Assembly (NCBI GenBank): GCA_964019425.1
Contig: OZ025801.1
Span: 248,001 to 312,000, forward strand
DNA from: Flectonema sp. DT1601
Lineage: Eukaryota
Reading direction: 5' to 3'
DNA: 64,000 nt
Each line of letters begins with the position of its first letter. Positions within the stretch are counted from its first letter, which is position 1. A program made the translations under genes and the position numbers. Under the pieces are notes generated by a model, which had not been told where the DNA came from, made no database searches, and was given only the letters and a program-made list of their open reading frames with translations. Of the stretch, positions 1 to 10,599 are shown piece after piece.

Positions 1-3000
1 GCTAACGTGAAATGCCAAGCTGGATATGTTTGCGAAGTAATCCAGAACGCCGCTGGTATTCTCCCAGAATGTGTTCCAGTTCCTACTTCCGACTGTTCAA
101 CTTTCAAATGCCTTGCAGGAACATTTTGTCAAATGTTTAAGGGAAGCAACGGTGCTTACCCAGAGTGTGTTTCTCCAGCTAATGATTGTGCAAGCCTTAA
201 TTGCCTTCCTGGAACTGTCTGTGAGTTGATTCAGGGCAGTTCCGGTTCTTTCTATGAATGTGTTGCAAAGATGGCTCCAGTTGTTGACTGTGCTAACGTG
301 AAATGCCAAGCTGGATATGTTTGCGAAGTAATCCAGAACGCCGCTGGTATTCTCCCAGAATGTGTTCCAGTTCCTACTTCCGACTGTTCAACTATCAAAT
401 GCCTTGCAGGAACCGTCTGTCAAATGTTTACGGGAAGCAACGGTGCTTACCCAGAGTGTGTTTCTCCAGCTAATGATTGTGCAAGCCTTAATTGCCTTCC
501 TGGAACTGTCTGTGAGTTGATGCGGGGCAGTTCCGGTTCTTTCTATGAATGTGTTGCAAAGATGGCTCCAGTTGTTGACTGTGCTAACGTGAAATGCCAA
601 GCTGGATATGTTTGCGAAGTAATCCAGAACGCCGCTGGTATTCTCCCAGAATGTGTTCCAGTTCCTACTTCCGACTGTTCAACTATCAAATGCCTTGCAG
701 GAACATTTTGTCAAATGTTTAAGGGAAGCAACGGTGCTTACCCAGAGTGTGTTTCTCCAGCTAATGATTGTGCAAGCCTTAATTGCCTTCCTGGAACTGT
801 CTGTGAGTTGATTCAGGGCAGTTCCGGTTCTTTCTATGAATGTGTTGCAAAGATGGCTCCAGTTGTTGACTGTGCTAACGTGAAATGCCAAGCTGGGTAT
901 GTTTGCGAAGTAATCCAGAACGCCGCTGGTATTCTCCCAGAATGTGTTCCAGTTCCTACTTCCGACTGTTCAACTTTCAAATGCCTTGCAGGAACCGTCT
1001 GTCAAATGTTTAAGGGAAGCAACGGTGCTTACCCAGAGTGTGTTTCTCCAGCTAATGATTGTGCAAGCCTTAATTGCCTTCCTGGAACTGTCTGTGAGTT
1101 GATGCAGGGCAGTTCCGGTTCTTTCTATGAATGTGTTGCAAAGATGGCTCCAGTTGTTGACTGTGCTAACGTGAAATGCCAAGCTGGATATGTTTGCGAA
1201 GTAATCCAGAACGCCGCTGGTATTCTCCCAGAATGTGTTCCAGTTCCTACTTCCGACTGTTCAACTTTCAAATGCCTTGCAGGAACCGTCTGTCAAATGT
1301 TTAAGGGAAGCAACGGTGCTTACCCAGAGTGTGTTTCTCCAGCTAATGATTGTGCAAGCCTTAATTGCCTTCCTGGAACTGTCTGTGAGTTGATGCAGGG
1401 CAGTTCCGGTTCTTTCTATGAATGTGTTGCAAAGATGGCTCCAGTTGTTGACTGTGCTAACGTGAAATGCCAAGCTGGATATGTTTGCGAAGTAATCCAG
1501 AACGCCGCTGGTATTCTCCCAGAATGTGTTCCAGTTCCTACTTCCGACTGTTCAACCATCAAATGCCTTGCAGGAACCGTCTGTCAAATGTTTACGGGAA
1601 GCAACGGTGCTTACCCAGAGTGTGTTTCTCCAGCTAATGATTGTGCAAGCCTTAATTGCCTTCCTGGAACTGTCTGTGAGTTGATGCGGGGCAGTTCCGG
1701 TTCTTTCTATGAATGTGTTGCAAAGATGGCTCCAGTTGTTGACTGTGCTAACGTGAAATGCCAAGCTGGATATGTTTGCGAAGTAATCCAGAACGCCGCT
1801 GGTATTCTCCCAGAATGTGTTCCAGTTCCTACTTCCGACTGTTCAACTATCAAATGCCTTGCAGGAACCGTCTGTCAAATGTTTAAGGGAAGCAACGGTG
1901 CTTACCCAGAGTGTGTTTCTCCAGCTAATGATTGTGCAAGCCTTAATTGCCTTCCTGGAACTGTCTGTGAGTTGATTCAGGGCAGTTCCGGTTCTTTCTA
2001 TGAATGTGTTGCAAAGATGGCTCCAGTTGTTGACTGTGCTAACGTGAAATGCCAAGCTGGGTATGTTTGCGAAGTAATCCAGAACGCCGCTGGTATTCTC
2101 CCAGAATGTGTTCCAGTTCCTACTTCCGACTGTTCAACTTTCAAATGCCTTGCAGGAACCGTCTGTCAAATGTTTAAGGGAAGCAACGGTGCTTACCCAG
2201 AGTGTGTTTCTCCAGCTAATGATTGTGCAAGCCTTAATTGCCTTCCTGGAACTGTCTGTGAGTTGATGCAGGGCAGTTCCGGTTCTTTCTATGAATGTGT
2301 TGCAAAGATGGCTCCAGTTGTTGACTGTGCTAACGTGAAATGCCAAGCTGGATATGTTTGTGAAGTAATCCAGAACGCCGCTGGTATTCTCCCAGAATGT
2401 GTTCCAGTTCCAACTTCCGACTGTTCAACTTTCAAGTGCCTTGCAGGAACTGTCTGTCAAATGTTTAAGGGCAGCAACGGTGCTTACCCAGAGTGTGTTT
2501 CTCCAGCTAATGATTGTGCAAGCCTTAATTGCCTTCCTGGAACTGTCTGTGAGTTGATGCAGGGCAGTTCCGGTTCTTTCTATGAATGTGTTGCAAAGAT
2601 GGCTCCAGTTGTTGACTGTGCTAACGTGAAATGCCAAGCTGGATATGTTTGCGAAGTAATCCAGAACGCCGCTGGTATTCTCCCAGAATGTGTTCCAGTT
2701 CCAACTTCCGACTGTTCAACTTTCAAGTGCCTTGCAGGAACTGTCTGTCAAATGTTTAAGGGCAGCAACGGTGCTTACCCAGAGTGTGTTTCTCCAGCTA
2801 ATGATTGTGCAAGCCTTAATTGCCTTCCTGGAACTGTCTGTGAGTTGATTCAGGGCAGTTCCGGTTCTTTCTATGAATGTGTTGCAAAGATGGCTCCAGT
2901 TGTTGACTGTGCTAACGTGAAATGCCAAGCTGGGTATGTTTGCGAAGTAATCCAGAACGCCGCTGGTATTCTCCCAGAATGTGTTCCAGTTCCTACTTCC

Positions 3001-5207
3001 GACTGTTCAACTATCAAATGCCTTGCAGGAACCGTCTGTCAAATGTTTACGGGAAGCAACGGTGCTTACCCAGAGTGTGTTTCTCCAGCTAATGATTGTG
3101 CAAGCCTTAATTGCCTTCCTGGAACTGTCTGTGAGTTGATGCGGGGCAGTTCCGGTTCTTTCTATGAATGTGTTGCAAAGATGGCTCCAGTTGTTGACTG
3201 TGCTAACGTGAAATGCCAAGCTGGATATGTTTGCGAAGTAATCCAGAACGCCGCTGGTATTCTCCCAGAATGTGTTCCAGTTCCTACTTCCGACTGTTCA
3301 ACTTTCAAATGCCTTGCAGGAACCGTCTGTCAAATGTTTAAGGGAAGCAACGGTGCTTACCCAGAGTGTGTTTCTCCAGCTAATGATTGTGCAAGCCTTA
3401 ATTGCCTTCCTGGAACTGTCTGTGAGTTGATTCAGGGCAGTTCCGGTTCTTTCTATGAATGTGTTGCAAAGATGGCTCCAGTTGTTGACTGTGCTAACGT
3501 GAAATGCCAAGCTGGATATGTTTGCGAAGTAATCCAGAACGCCGCTGGTATTCTCCCAGAATGTGTTCCAGTTCCAACTTCCGACTGTTCAACTTTCAAG
3601 TGCCTTGCAGGAACTGTCTGTCAAATGTTTAAGGGCAGCAACGGTGCTTACCCAGAGTGTGTTTCTCCAGCTAATGATTGTGCAAGCCTTAATTGCCTTC
3701 CTGGAACTGTCTGTGAGTTGATGCAGGGCAGTTCCGGTTCTTTCTATGAATGTGTTGCAAAGATGGCTCCAGTTGTTGACTGTGCTAACGTGAAATGCCA
3801 AGCTGGATATGTTTGCGAGGTAATCAAGAACGCCGCCGGTATTCTCCCAGAATGTGTTCCAGTTGCAACTTCCGATTGTTCAACTTTCAAATGCCTTGCA
3901 GGAACTGTCTGTCAAATGTTTAAGGGAAGCAACGGTGCTTACCCAGAGTGTGTTTCTCCAGCTAATGATTGTGCAAGCCTTAATTGCCTTCCTGGAACTG
4001 TCTGTGAGTTGATTCAGGGCAGTTCCGGTTCTTTCTATGAATGTGTTGCAAAGATGGCTCCAGTTGTTGACTGTGCTAACGTGAAATGCCAAGCTGGATA
4101 TGTTTGCGAAGTAATCCAGAACGCCGCTGGTATTCTCCCAGAATGTGTTCCAGTTCCAACTTCCGACTGTTCAACTTTCAAGTGCCTTGCAGGAACTGTC
4201 TGTCAAATGTTTAAGGGCAGCAACGGTGCTTACCCAGAGTGTGTTTCTCCAGCTAATGATTGTGCAAGCCTTAATTGCCTTCCTGGAACTGTCTGTGAGT
4301 TGATGCAGGGCAGTTCCGGTTCTTTCTATGAATGTGTTGCAAAGATGGCTCCAGTTGTTGACTGTGCTAACGTGAAATGCCAAGCTGGATATGTTTGCGA
4401 GGTAATCAAGAACGCCGCCGGTATTCTCCCAGAATGTGTTCCAGTTGCAACTTCCGATTGTTCAACTTTCAAATGCCTTGCAGGAACTGTCTGTCAAATG
4501 TTTAAGGGAAGCAACGGTGCTTACCCAGAGTGTGTTTCTCCAGCTAATGATTGTGCAAGCCTTAATTGCCTTCCTGGAACTGTCTGTGAGTTGATTCAGG
4601 GCAGTTCCGGTTCTTTCTATGAATGTGTTGCAAAGATGGCTCCAGTTGTTGACTGTGCTAACGTGAAATGCCAAGCTGGGTATGTTTGTGAAGTAATCCA
4701 GAACGCCGCTGGTATTCTCCCAGAATGTGTTCCAGTTCCTACTTCCGACTGTTCAACTTTCAAGTGCCTTGCAGGAACCGTCTGTCAAATGTTTAAGGGC
4801 AGCAACGGTGCTTACCCAGAGTGTGTTTCTCCAGCTAATGATTGTGCAAGCCTTAATTGCCTTCCTGGAACTGTCTGTGAGTTGATTCAGGGCAGTTCCG
4901 GTTCTTTCTATGAATGTGTTGCAAAGATGGCTCCAGTTGTTGACTGTGCTAACGTGAAATGCCAAGCTGGATATGTTTGCGAGGTAATCAAGAACGCCGC
5001 TGGTATTCTCCCAGAATGTGTTCCAGTTCCAACTTCCGACTGTTCAACTTTCAAGTGCCTTGCAGGAACCGTCTGTCAAATGTTTAAGGGCAGCAACGGT
5101 GCTTACCCAGAGTGTGTTTCTCCAGCTAATGATTGTGCAAGCCTTAATTGCCTTCCTGGAACTGTCTGTAAGTTGATGCAGGGCAGTTCCGGTTCTTTCT
5201 ATGAGTG
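1..5207 (+). repeat. Coding tandem repeat, 291-bp unit, ~18 near-identical copies
   Basis: The motif gctaacgtgaaatgccaagctgg recurs every 291 bp. The antisense ORFs in the track are also spaced 291 bp apart. Confidence 0.97.
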
Positions 5208-7437
5208 TTTTCCTGATGTTCGTACTCAAAACTGTGAAAAGGATGATGACTGTGAAGCTGATAAATTCTGTCGTACGAAATCTCTCAGTTCAGGGAAGTG
5301 TGGTACTGAAATGGTTTGTGTGAAGAGATCAAAAGAAGGAGAGTCTTGTGGAGGATTCACACCATCATGTGAATATGATATTTGTTTATCATCATTGAAA
5401 TGTATTGCGAAGGAAGACAATATTAACCTCCCTGGAAGTTGTATGAAATCTGAACTCTCGGAAGGTGACATTTGTCGTGTTGACAGCAAGATGATCATTT
5501 CAATGGATCGTAGTTCTGATTGCCCTGCAGGAACGAAGTGTACGAGAGATGTGAATTCCAAAGAATGGCTCTGTGTAAAGAGTAACGCAATCAGATGCAA
5601 CCCGTCTTCATGTAAAGAAGGTGAGTATTGTTCTGTTGAAGGAGGTAATGTAAAATGTATAGCCCCTGGAATTGATAAGAAGTGTGACCTGAAGACAAAC
5701 GATGTAGTTTTGTGTGGAAGTGGTAGAACATGCAAGAAGGGGTTTTCTTGCAGTGGATGTCAGCAGACTTGCAAGTGCGATGTGAACGGGAAGAAGGTAT
5801 GCAGCAGGGATTGCAGACCATCGTGCGAGAGAATTGAAGAGAAGTCGGAGTGTCTTGCGGAGTCGGTGTCGAAATGGAACTCGTTGGGATGCAAGACTTT
5901 CAGTTGCTACAATTCTGTGAAATCACCTTCTCTGGAAGAGATGAGGTATTGCTGTGAGAAGACTGGTAGGTACTGCAAGGAAGACGAGAAAGATCAGTTT
6001 GACTGCAGATCAGACCCAAAGGGATGGAGATTTGCTCAGAGAAAGTGGTGCTGTGAAGAAAAACAAGTGGGATGTCCAATTGCAATGTATGACTGCAGTG
6101 TTGATGATGCGTCGATGGAGATTGTGAAGAACGCTGAGGGATTGTTGCAGACTTCGGTTGTGGACGTGACGATGTGGGAGGAGAAGAAGGCTGCGTACTG
6201 CTGTGAGAAGTTCCAAGTCGGATGCGTTGTTGACGAGGATGCGTTCGATTGCGAGTGGAGTGAGAAGACTGCTGCTGCTTGGAGTGAAGAACAATCGGAT
6301 TGGTGCTGTTCTGTGAAGGGAGTTCGTTGTCCGGATGCTGCGGCAGCGGATGTGAAGGTGAACGAGAAGTGCCAAGTAATGCGTGCAGAACGTGCATCGT
6401 GGGATGAGCTGACGAGAATGGATTGTTGTCTCAGCGATGGTGTCGGTTGTGCGACGGAGAAGTTCAACTGCTTCAGCGATTCGAAGGCAATGTCCGATTG
6501 GGGAAGTGATCAGGTTGACTGGTGTTGTAACGAAGAGAACATCGCGTGTTCAGTTGACTGCCGAGCTGATGCGGACCTTCTCAGCGAGGAAGACAAGGAG
6601 GGTTGCTGCAAGTCCAAGGGCCTTCACTGCAAGTCGAGTGGGACCTCGGGTGGGGATGATGAAGTAGTAGGCAGCCAGGGGAAGACAAACAACAAAAGGA
6701 AATCCTTCCGTCTGTCATTCAAGGGATCGTATTCAAAGATTATGGAAAACCCGAAGAGGTTTCTAAGAAAGTTAAGAAGAACCATCCTGCGAGTTACAAA
6801 AGAATTGGAGTCATCGAATGTGATGATCAAGTACGTTGGGAGTCTGATGAAAGACAACATTGTTCCTGCTAAGGATGTGAGAGAGAAGTGGGGTACTTCT
6901 ATTCCTTCATCGTGGAACACTGAATTGTTTGAAAAGGAGTTGAGTAAAAACAGGGAAGTGAAGACTCTCGGACACGGTGTCAGCTCAACAAAGGAACAGC
7001 AGTCTGTTGGAGATTCCGGGATGTTCGTTGATTTCGAAGTCACTGACGAGAGTGCTGCTGTATTGAATACCGCTGTAACTGAGTCAGGTAAAGGCACAGG
7101 TCTACTTAGAGACAATGGTGACGGGAGCACTTTGATAATGGAACCTGTTGGAAACGGAATGGAATCTCTCGATTCTCCGAAAACGTCAACAGAAGACACC
7201 GTCGTAAAGGAAGGCATCGACGACAGCAGTAGTAGTAGCAGCAACAACAATAACATTATATACATTATTGTTGGTGTTGTTGCTTCCTTGTGCTTGGGAG
7301 GTGCTCTGGTTGCCTTCACTGTCTACCGAAGGCAACAAAACAACAAAACTGAGAGCGACAGTTTCCTCACTTCTATGCAGGAGCTGGAGGCCAGCAATAC
7401 CAATGACAGAATCACTTCCACTGTTACCAGGGTGTGA
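1..7437 (+). CDS. Large Cys-rich type I membrane/surface protein, 5' end outside window: ~18 tandem 97-aa repeats, further Cys-rich (WCC-type) modules, C-terminal TM helix
   Basis: The frame is open from position 1 to TGA at 7437, and the ORF-track start is an internal GTG. Each 97-aa unit has three C-x4-C-x5-C-x12-C modules resembling FOLN-like modules. Repeated W/YCC..GC motifs follow, then a hydrophobic segment IIYIIVGVVASLCLGGALVAFTVY followed by RR. Confidence 0.9.
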   Translation, partial: ANVKCQAGYVCEVIQNAAGILPECVPVPTSDCSTFKCLAGTFCQMFKGSNGAYPECVSPANDCASLNCLPGTVCELIQGSSGSFYECVAKMAPVVDCANVKCQAGYVCEVIQNAAGILPECVPVPTSDCSTIKCLAGTVCQMFTGSNGAYPECVSPANDCASLNCLPGTVCELMRGSSGSFYECVAKMAPVVDCANVKCQAGYVCEVIQNAAGILPECVPVPTSDCSTIKCLAGTFCQMFKGSNGAYPECVSPANDCASLNCLPGTVCELIQGSSGSFYECVAKMAPVVDCANVKCQAGYVCEVIQNAAGILPECVPVPTSDCSTFKCLAGTVCQMFKGSNGAYPECVSPANDCASLNCLPGTVCELMQGSSGSFYECVAKMAPVVDCANVKCQAGYVCEVIQNAAGILPECVPVPTSDCSTFKCLAGTVCQMFKGSNGAYPECVSPANDCASLNCLPGTVCELMQGSSGSFYECVAKMAPVVDCANVKCQAGYVCEVIQNAAGILPECVPVPTSDCSTIKCLAGTVCQMFTGSNGAYPECVSPANDCASLNCLPGTVCELMRGSSGSFYECVAKMAPVVDCANVKCQAGYVCEVIQNAAGILPECVPVPTSDCSTIKCLAGTVCQMFKGSNGAYPECVSPANDCASLNCLPGTVCELIQGSSGSFYECVAKMAPVVDCANVKCQAGYVCEVIQNAAGILPECVPVPTSDCSTFKCLAGTVCQMFKGSNGAYPECVSPANDCASLNCLPGTVCELMQGSSGSFYECVAKMAPVVDCANVKCQAGYVCEVIQNAAGILPECVPVPTSDCSTFKCLAGTVCQMFKGSNGAYPECVSPANDCASLNCLPGTVCELMQGSSGSFYECVAKMAPVVDCANVKCQAGYVCEVIQNAAGILPECVPVPTSDCSTFKCLAGTVCQMFKGSNGAYPECVSPANDCASLNCLPGTVCELIQGSSGSFYECVAKMAPVVDCANVKCQAGYVCEVIQNAAGILPECVPVPTSDCSTIKCLAGTVCQMFTGSNGAYPECVSPANDCASLNCLPGTVCELMRGSSGSFYECVAKMAPVVDCANVKCQAGYVCEVIQNAAGILPECVPVPTSDCSTFKCLAGTVCQMFKGSNGAYPECVSPANDCASLNCLPGTVCELIQGSSGSFYECVAKMAPVVDCANVKCQAGYVCEVIQNAAGILPECVPVPTSDCSTFKCLAGTVCQMFKGSNGAYPECVSPANDCASLNCLPGTVCELMQGSSGSFYECVAKMAPVVDCANVKCQAGYVCEVIKNAAGILPECVPVATSDCSTFKCLAGTVCQMFKGSNGAYPECVSPANDCASLNCLPGTVCELIQGSSGSFYECVAKMAPVVDCANVKCQAGYVCEVIQNAAGILPECVPVPTSDCSTFKCLAGTVCQMFKGSNGAYPECVSPANDCASLNCLPGTVCELMQGSSGSFYECVAKMAPVVDCANVKCQAGYVCEVIKNAAGILPECVPVATSDCSTFKCLAGTVCQMFKGSNGAYPECVSPANDCASLNCLPGTVCELIQGSSGSFYECVAKMAPVVDCANVKCQAGYVCEVIQNAAGILPECVPVPTSDCSTFKCLAGTVCQMFKGSNGAYPECVSPANDCASLNCLPGTVCELIQGSSGSFYECVAKMAPVVDCANVKCQAGYVCEVIKNAAGILPECVPVPTSDCSTFKCLAGTVCQMFKGSNGAYPECVSPANDCASLNCLPGTVCKLMQGSSGSFYECFPDVRTQNCEKDDDCEADKFCRTKSLSSGKCGTEMVCVKRSKEGESCGGFTPSCEYDICLSSLKCIAKEDNINLPGSCMKSELSEGDICRVDSKMIISMDRSSDCPAGTKCTRDVNSKEWLCVKSNAIRCNPSSCKEGEYCSVEGGNVKCIAPGIDKKCDLKTNDVVLCGSGRTCKKGFSCSGCQQTCKCDVNGKKVCSRDCRPSCERIEEKSECLAESVSKWNSLGCKTFSCYNSVKSPSLEEMRYCCEKTGRYCKEDEKDQFDCRSDPKGWRFAQRKWCCEEKQVGCPIAMYDCSVDDASMEIVKNAEGLLQTSVVDVTMWEEKKAAYCCEKFQVGCVVDEDAFDCEWSEKTAAAWSEEQSDWCCSVKGVRCPDAAAADVKVNEKCQVMRAERASWDELTRMDCCLSDGVGCATEKFNCFSDSKAMSDWGSDQVDWCCNEENIACSVDCRADADLLSEEDKEGCCKSKGLHCKSSGTSGGDDEVVGSQGKTNNKRKSFRLSFKGSYSKIMENPKRFLRKLRRTILRVTKELESSNVMIKYVGSLMKDNIVPAKDVREKWGTSIPSSWNTELFEKELSKNREVKTLGHGVSSTKEQQSVGDSGMFVDFEVTDESAAVLNTAVTESGKGTGLLRDNGDGSTLIMEPVGNGMESLDSPKTSTEDTVVKEGIDDSSSSSSNNNNIIYIIVGVVASLCLGGALVAFTVYRRQQNNKTESDSFLTSMQELEASNTNDRITSTVTRV

Positions 7438-7542
7438 ACAAAACGTTGGTTTGTTGACTTCTGCTTCTTAGTTTCTTTTTTCAATAAATAAAAGTGGCTT
7501 AACTGCTTTTTGTTTTTTTTTATTATACACTGAAAGCAAACA

Positions 7543-7674
7543 AAAACAACAAAACTGAGAGCGATAGTTTCTTCTCTTCTATTCAGGAGCTGGAGGTCAT
7601 CTATTCCAATGACACAATCACTTCCACTATTACTAGTGTGTGAACAAAATGTTGGTTTGGTTGACTTCTGCTTC
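7543..7674 (+). pseudogene. Diverged duplicate of the 3' end, stop codon and proximal 3'UTR of the Cys-rich gene
   Basis: aaaacaacaaaactgagagcga...gtgtgaacaaaa.gttggttt..ttgacttctgcttc matches 7337-7467 with scattered substitutions. Confidence 0.85.
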
Positions 7675-8687
7675 GTAATATTTTCTTTACAAAAAAAAAA
7701 AAAAAAGTAACTTTCTTGCTTTCGGTTTCCTCCTCCCCCATAAGTGTAAGATACACTCTATTCATAACCCGTTTGATTGTGGGTATGTGATGGATGACTT
7801 ATCCCTCTCACCTCTAATCTTGTATTGAAAAGATAGATTGATGTTATACATATCAATAGTCTTTGAAAACAATAACCTTCAAGTTCACGTACAGTTTCAA
7901 TCATCCAAGTTTTCCCTTTCACGCTGAAAGTATTTCAACGTTGAGTCAGAGAAAAACTGTTGTCCTGTTAACGTTGTCCACGTCCTTTTTCATATTTCTT
8001 TTATTATTGTGTTTTCTAGTGTGGTCTCAGTCTCATGTGCTGCAGGCCACCGCCAACGAAACTGAATTGCTGGTTTTCCGCAAGGGTGTTTGGAGAACGT
8101 TTAAGTGTCCTGCTTGGGGTGTCCTCTCACCCCTGTTGGACATGTCTCCGTTGTCAATCACTTTAGTGAATCACTTGAATTGAAACTCAATCGAACTATT
8201 ATATTTTTATCACACTGCCGACAGGCTTTGTATTTATTCCCTCTTCCTTTACTGTCGAATATTTAATAATTCATTGTTTTATTTATTCGCAACATAGTAG
8301 CTTTTAGCATGATTCCTTTCTCTCTCTTTATTTAAAATATTTACGAATTGTGATCAACTCTCAATTACTTGTTATTATCGGGTGTGTGTTATCTTTGGTT
8401 TCGATTCTATATTTCATCTCTCAGGTACATAATAATGAATTGGACTTAAGAGTTTAGTGCAGCAGTCATTAAGATGATGAATGTAAAAAATAAATCCCCG
8501 CCTTCTTCCCCTCTATCTAAACCCAAACACACATTTAAGATCCAGTTGTGATAGTGAAGAGAAAAAACGAATTCTCCCCTTCGTTTTCTTTCTTTTGTAG
8601 CCCCCCTTTCCACTACAGAATGATTCCCTCCTGAAGGTTTGCCACAGTTGATTGCGATGCAATTGTTTCTTTCTTTATTCACCCTTT

Positions 8688-8770
8688 AGACAGAAAATAA
8701 TAAAAACAACAACTACCACACCACACCATAACATGCCTGTATCAGAACCATCACCTGTTTGCAGAATGGA
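8688..8770 (+). pseudogene. Duplicate of the 5'UTR and first 12 codons of the downstream kinase
   Basis: cacaccataacatgcctgtatcagaaccatcacctgtttgcagaatgg is identical to the sequence around the kinase start at 9469 (MPVSEPSPVCRM), then diverges. Confidence 0.85.
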
Positions 8771-9468
8771 GCATCACATGGACGATCATCCTTTTGTGAA
8801 ATTAATGTACACAGTCAGCTTGGATAAAAAAATCTGACAAATTGTTTTATTATAGTTTTTCATATCCTCAAAAGATTAGTATCCTTAGTGCCGCATAGAT
8901 TTTTATTTCATTTCAGAATTTTGAAACAGGTAACAGAAATTGCAGACTTGAGAGTTCAGCAACACTTCAGATAATTTGATATCCCTGCGTAGATACTTAG
9001 AGATAATCCTCCTGGGGAATCCCAATAATGGAACCAAATAATCTGATGTTGTCCATCCACCTGCTCTCCTCTACAAAAAGAAGGCTATAAGGAGTAGTAG
9101 ATTCCTCAGGTCTGTTAGACTGGTGAAAACTTGTTAAGGAATCCAACAAGAAGCATCTCAGCAGGGGAACTTATGATTAGCCTTTGGAAGAAATAAATTC
9201 TTTCTGCTCCTTTTTCCTGGGGTTGCACACCCTTTTGATTGAGTGTACTTCTTCATCAACCTGACGAGGGCATCTTCACGAGTGATGATTGAACGTTGAT
9301 CAGATACGTAATTAAGTCATTTCTGTTTGTTTCTATTTTAACCTTCTCTTTGTAGTCATATCTCATGATCGATTCGAAAAATTAGAATTATTTAATAACT
9401 TTGTTTTCTAAAAAAGACAGAAAAAAAAAAAGATAATAAAAACAACAACCACCAAACCACACCATAAC

Positions 9469-10599
9469 ATGCCTGTATCAGAACCATCACCTGTTTGCAG
9501 AATGGGTTCCATTGAAGAAGAATTCGATATCGATGAGAATTCTGTTTTAGGTGAAGGCGGTTTCGCAAAAGTTGTAATCGGTCGTCAAAGATCTGATAAC
9601 ACGGAGATGGCAGTAAAAGTAATCGAGAGATCTCAACTAAAAGGAAAGAGGTATTTAATGATGTGTCAAGAAAGAGAGATTCTTAGATTTGCAAGACACC
9701 CTAACATCGTTAGACTACACAAATGTGTTGAAACAGATGAAAAGATTTACATGATTATGGAAAAGATGGACACTGACTTGTACGAATACCTAAAAATGAA
9801 AAATTCACTAACTGAAAACGAAGCCTCTCGTATCATAGGATCGATTCTAAAAGGTGTTTGTTACCTCCATGATAATTGTATTGTTCATAGAGATGTAAAA
9901 CCTGAAAATGTTTTATTAAAAAAAATTCCTGATTCGGATATTTTTGAGGTCAGACTTGCTGATTTTGGAATAGCTAAAATACTCGAATCGTACAACGTAA
10001 ACGCAACACCGATTGGAACTTCCTACTACATGGCACCTGAAGTTATTCGTGGCATTCAACTGTTGGGATTGAACCCTCGTAAGACTACAAGAGATGAATT
10101 GAAGTACCTTGACATCTGGTCAACAGGTGTTGTGAGTTATATTTGTTTTAGTGCTGCTCCTCCATTTTATGGAACGTTGAGGACATCTGATGATAGAGAA
10201 TTCTTACTAAATAAAATAGATTCTGGTGTACTATTTCCTGACAGTAAATGGTCATCTGTCAGTGACTCTGCGAAAGACTTCGTAGCGACGATGCTGTCGG
10301 TTGATACGTCGAAGAGAGCTACTGCTAGATCTGCTTTGCAACATCCTTTTATTATGAATGCTCAGTCGAGTGCTGTTAGAGTGACGTCAAGTTCTGTTGC
10401 TGGTAAACTTACAAGAAAGGAAGTAAAGGCTCACTTAGAGTCGTTAATAAGAACATGTGATGCTTCTCTTGACCCGTCTGGTCAGGATGATAACATCGCA
10501 TCCCCACGACAACAACAACCTGACTCATCATCAGCATCGAGTGATCTCCCAAAACCTACAAACCCAATGAAACTACGTAGATCTCGTAAACCAATGTGA
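9469..10599 (+). CDS. Ser/Thr protein kinase, CAMK group
   Basis: Kinase motifs GEGGFAKV, AVKVI, HRDVKPEN, DFG, YMAPE, DIWSTG. FPDSKWSSVSDSAKDFV is typical of CAMK-group kinases. Confidence 0.93.
   Translation: MPVSEPSPVCRMGSIEEEFDIDENSVLGEGGFAKVVIGRQRSDNTEMAVKVIERSQLKGKRYLMMCQEREILRFARHPNIVRLHKCVETDEKIYMIMEKMDTDLYEYLKMKNSLTENEASRIIGSILKGVCYLHDNCIVHRDVKPENVLLKKIPDSDIFEVRLADFGIAKILESYNVNATPIGTSYYMAPEVIRGIQLLGLNPRKTTRDELKYLDIWSTGVVSYICFSAAPPFYGTLRTSDDREFLLNKIDSGVLFPDSKWSSVSDSAKDFVATMLSVDTSKRATARSALQHPFIMNAQSSAVRVTSSSVAGKLTRKEVKAHLESLIRTCDASLDPSGQDDNIASPRQQQPDSSSASSDLPKPTNPMKLRRSRKPM

Noticed and set aside
97..5229. Eighteen antisense ORFs of 61-70 aa
   Set aside because: They are shadows of the 291-bp coding repeat on the + strand.
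8880..9310. Coding-like composition on the minus strand
   Set aside because: The frame I read is interrupted by a stop, the track shows no ORF here, and there is no recognisable protein motif.
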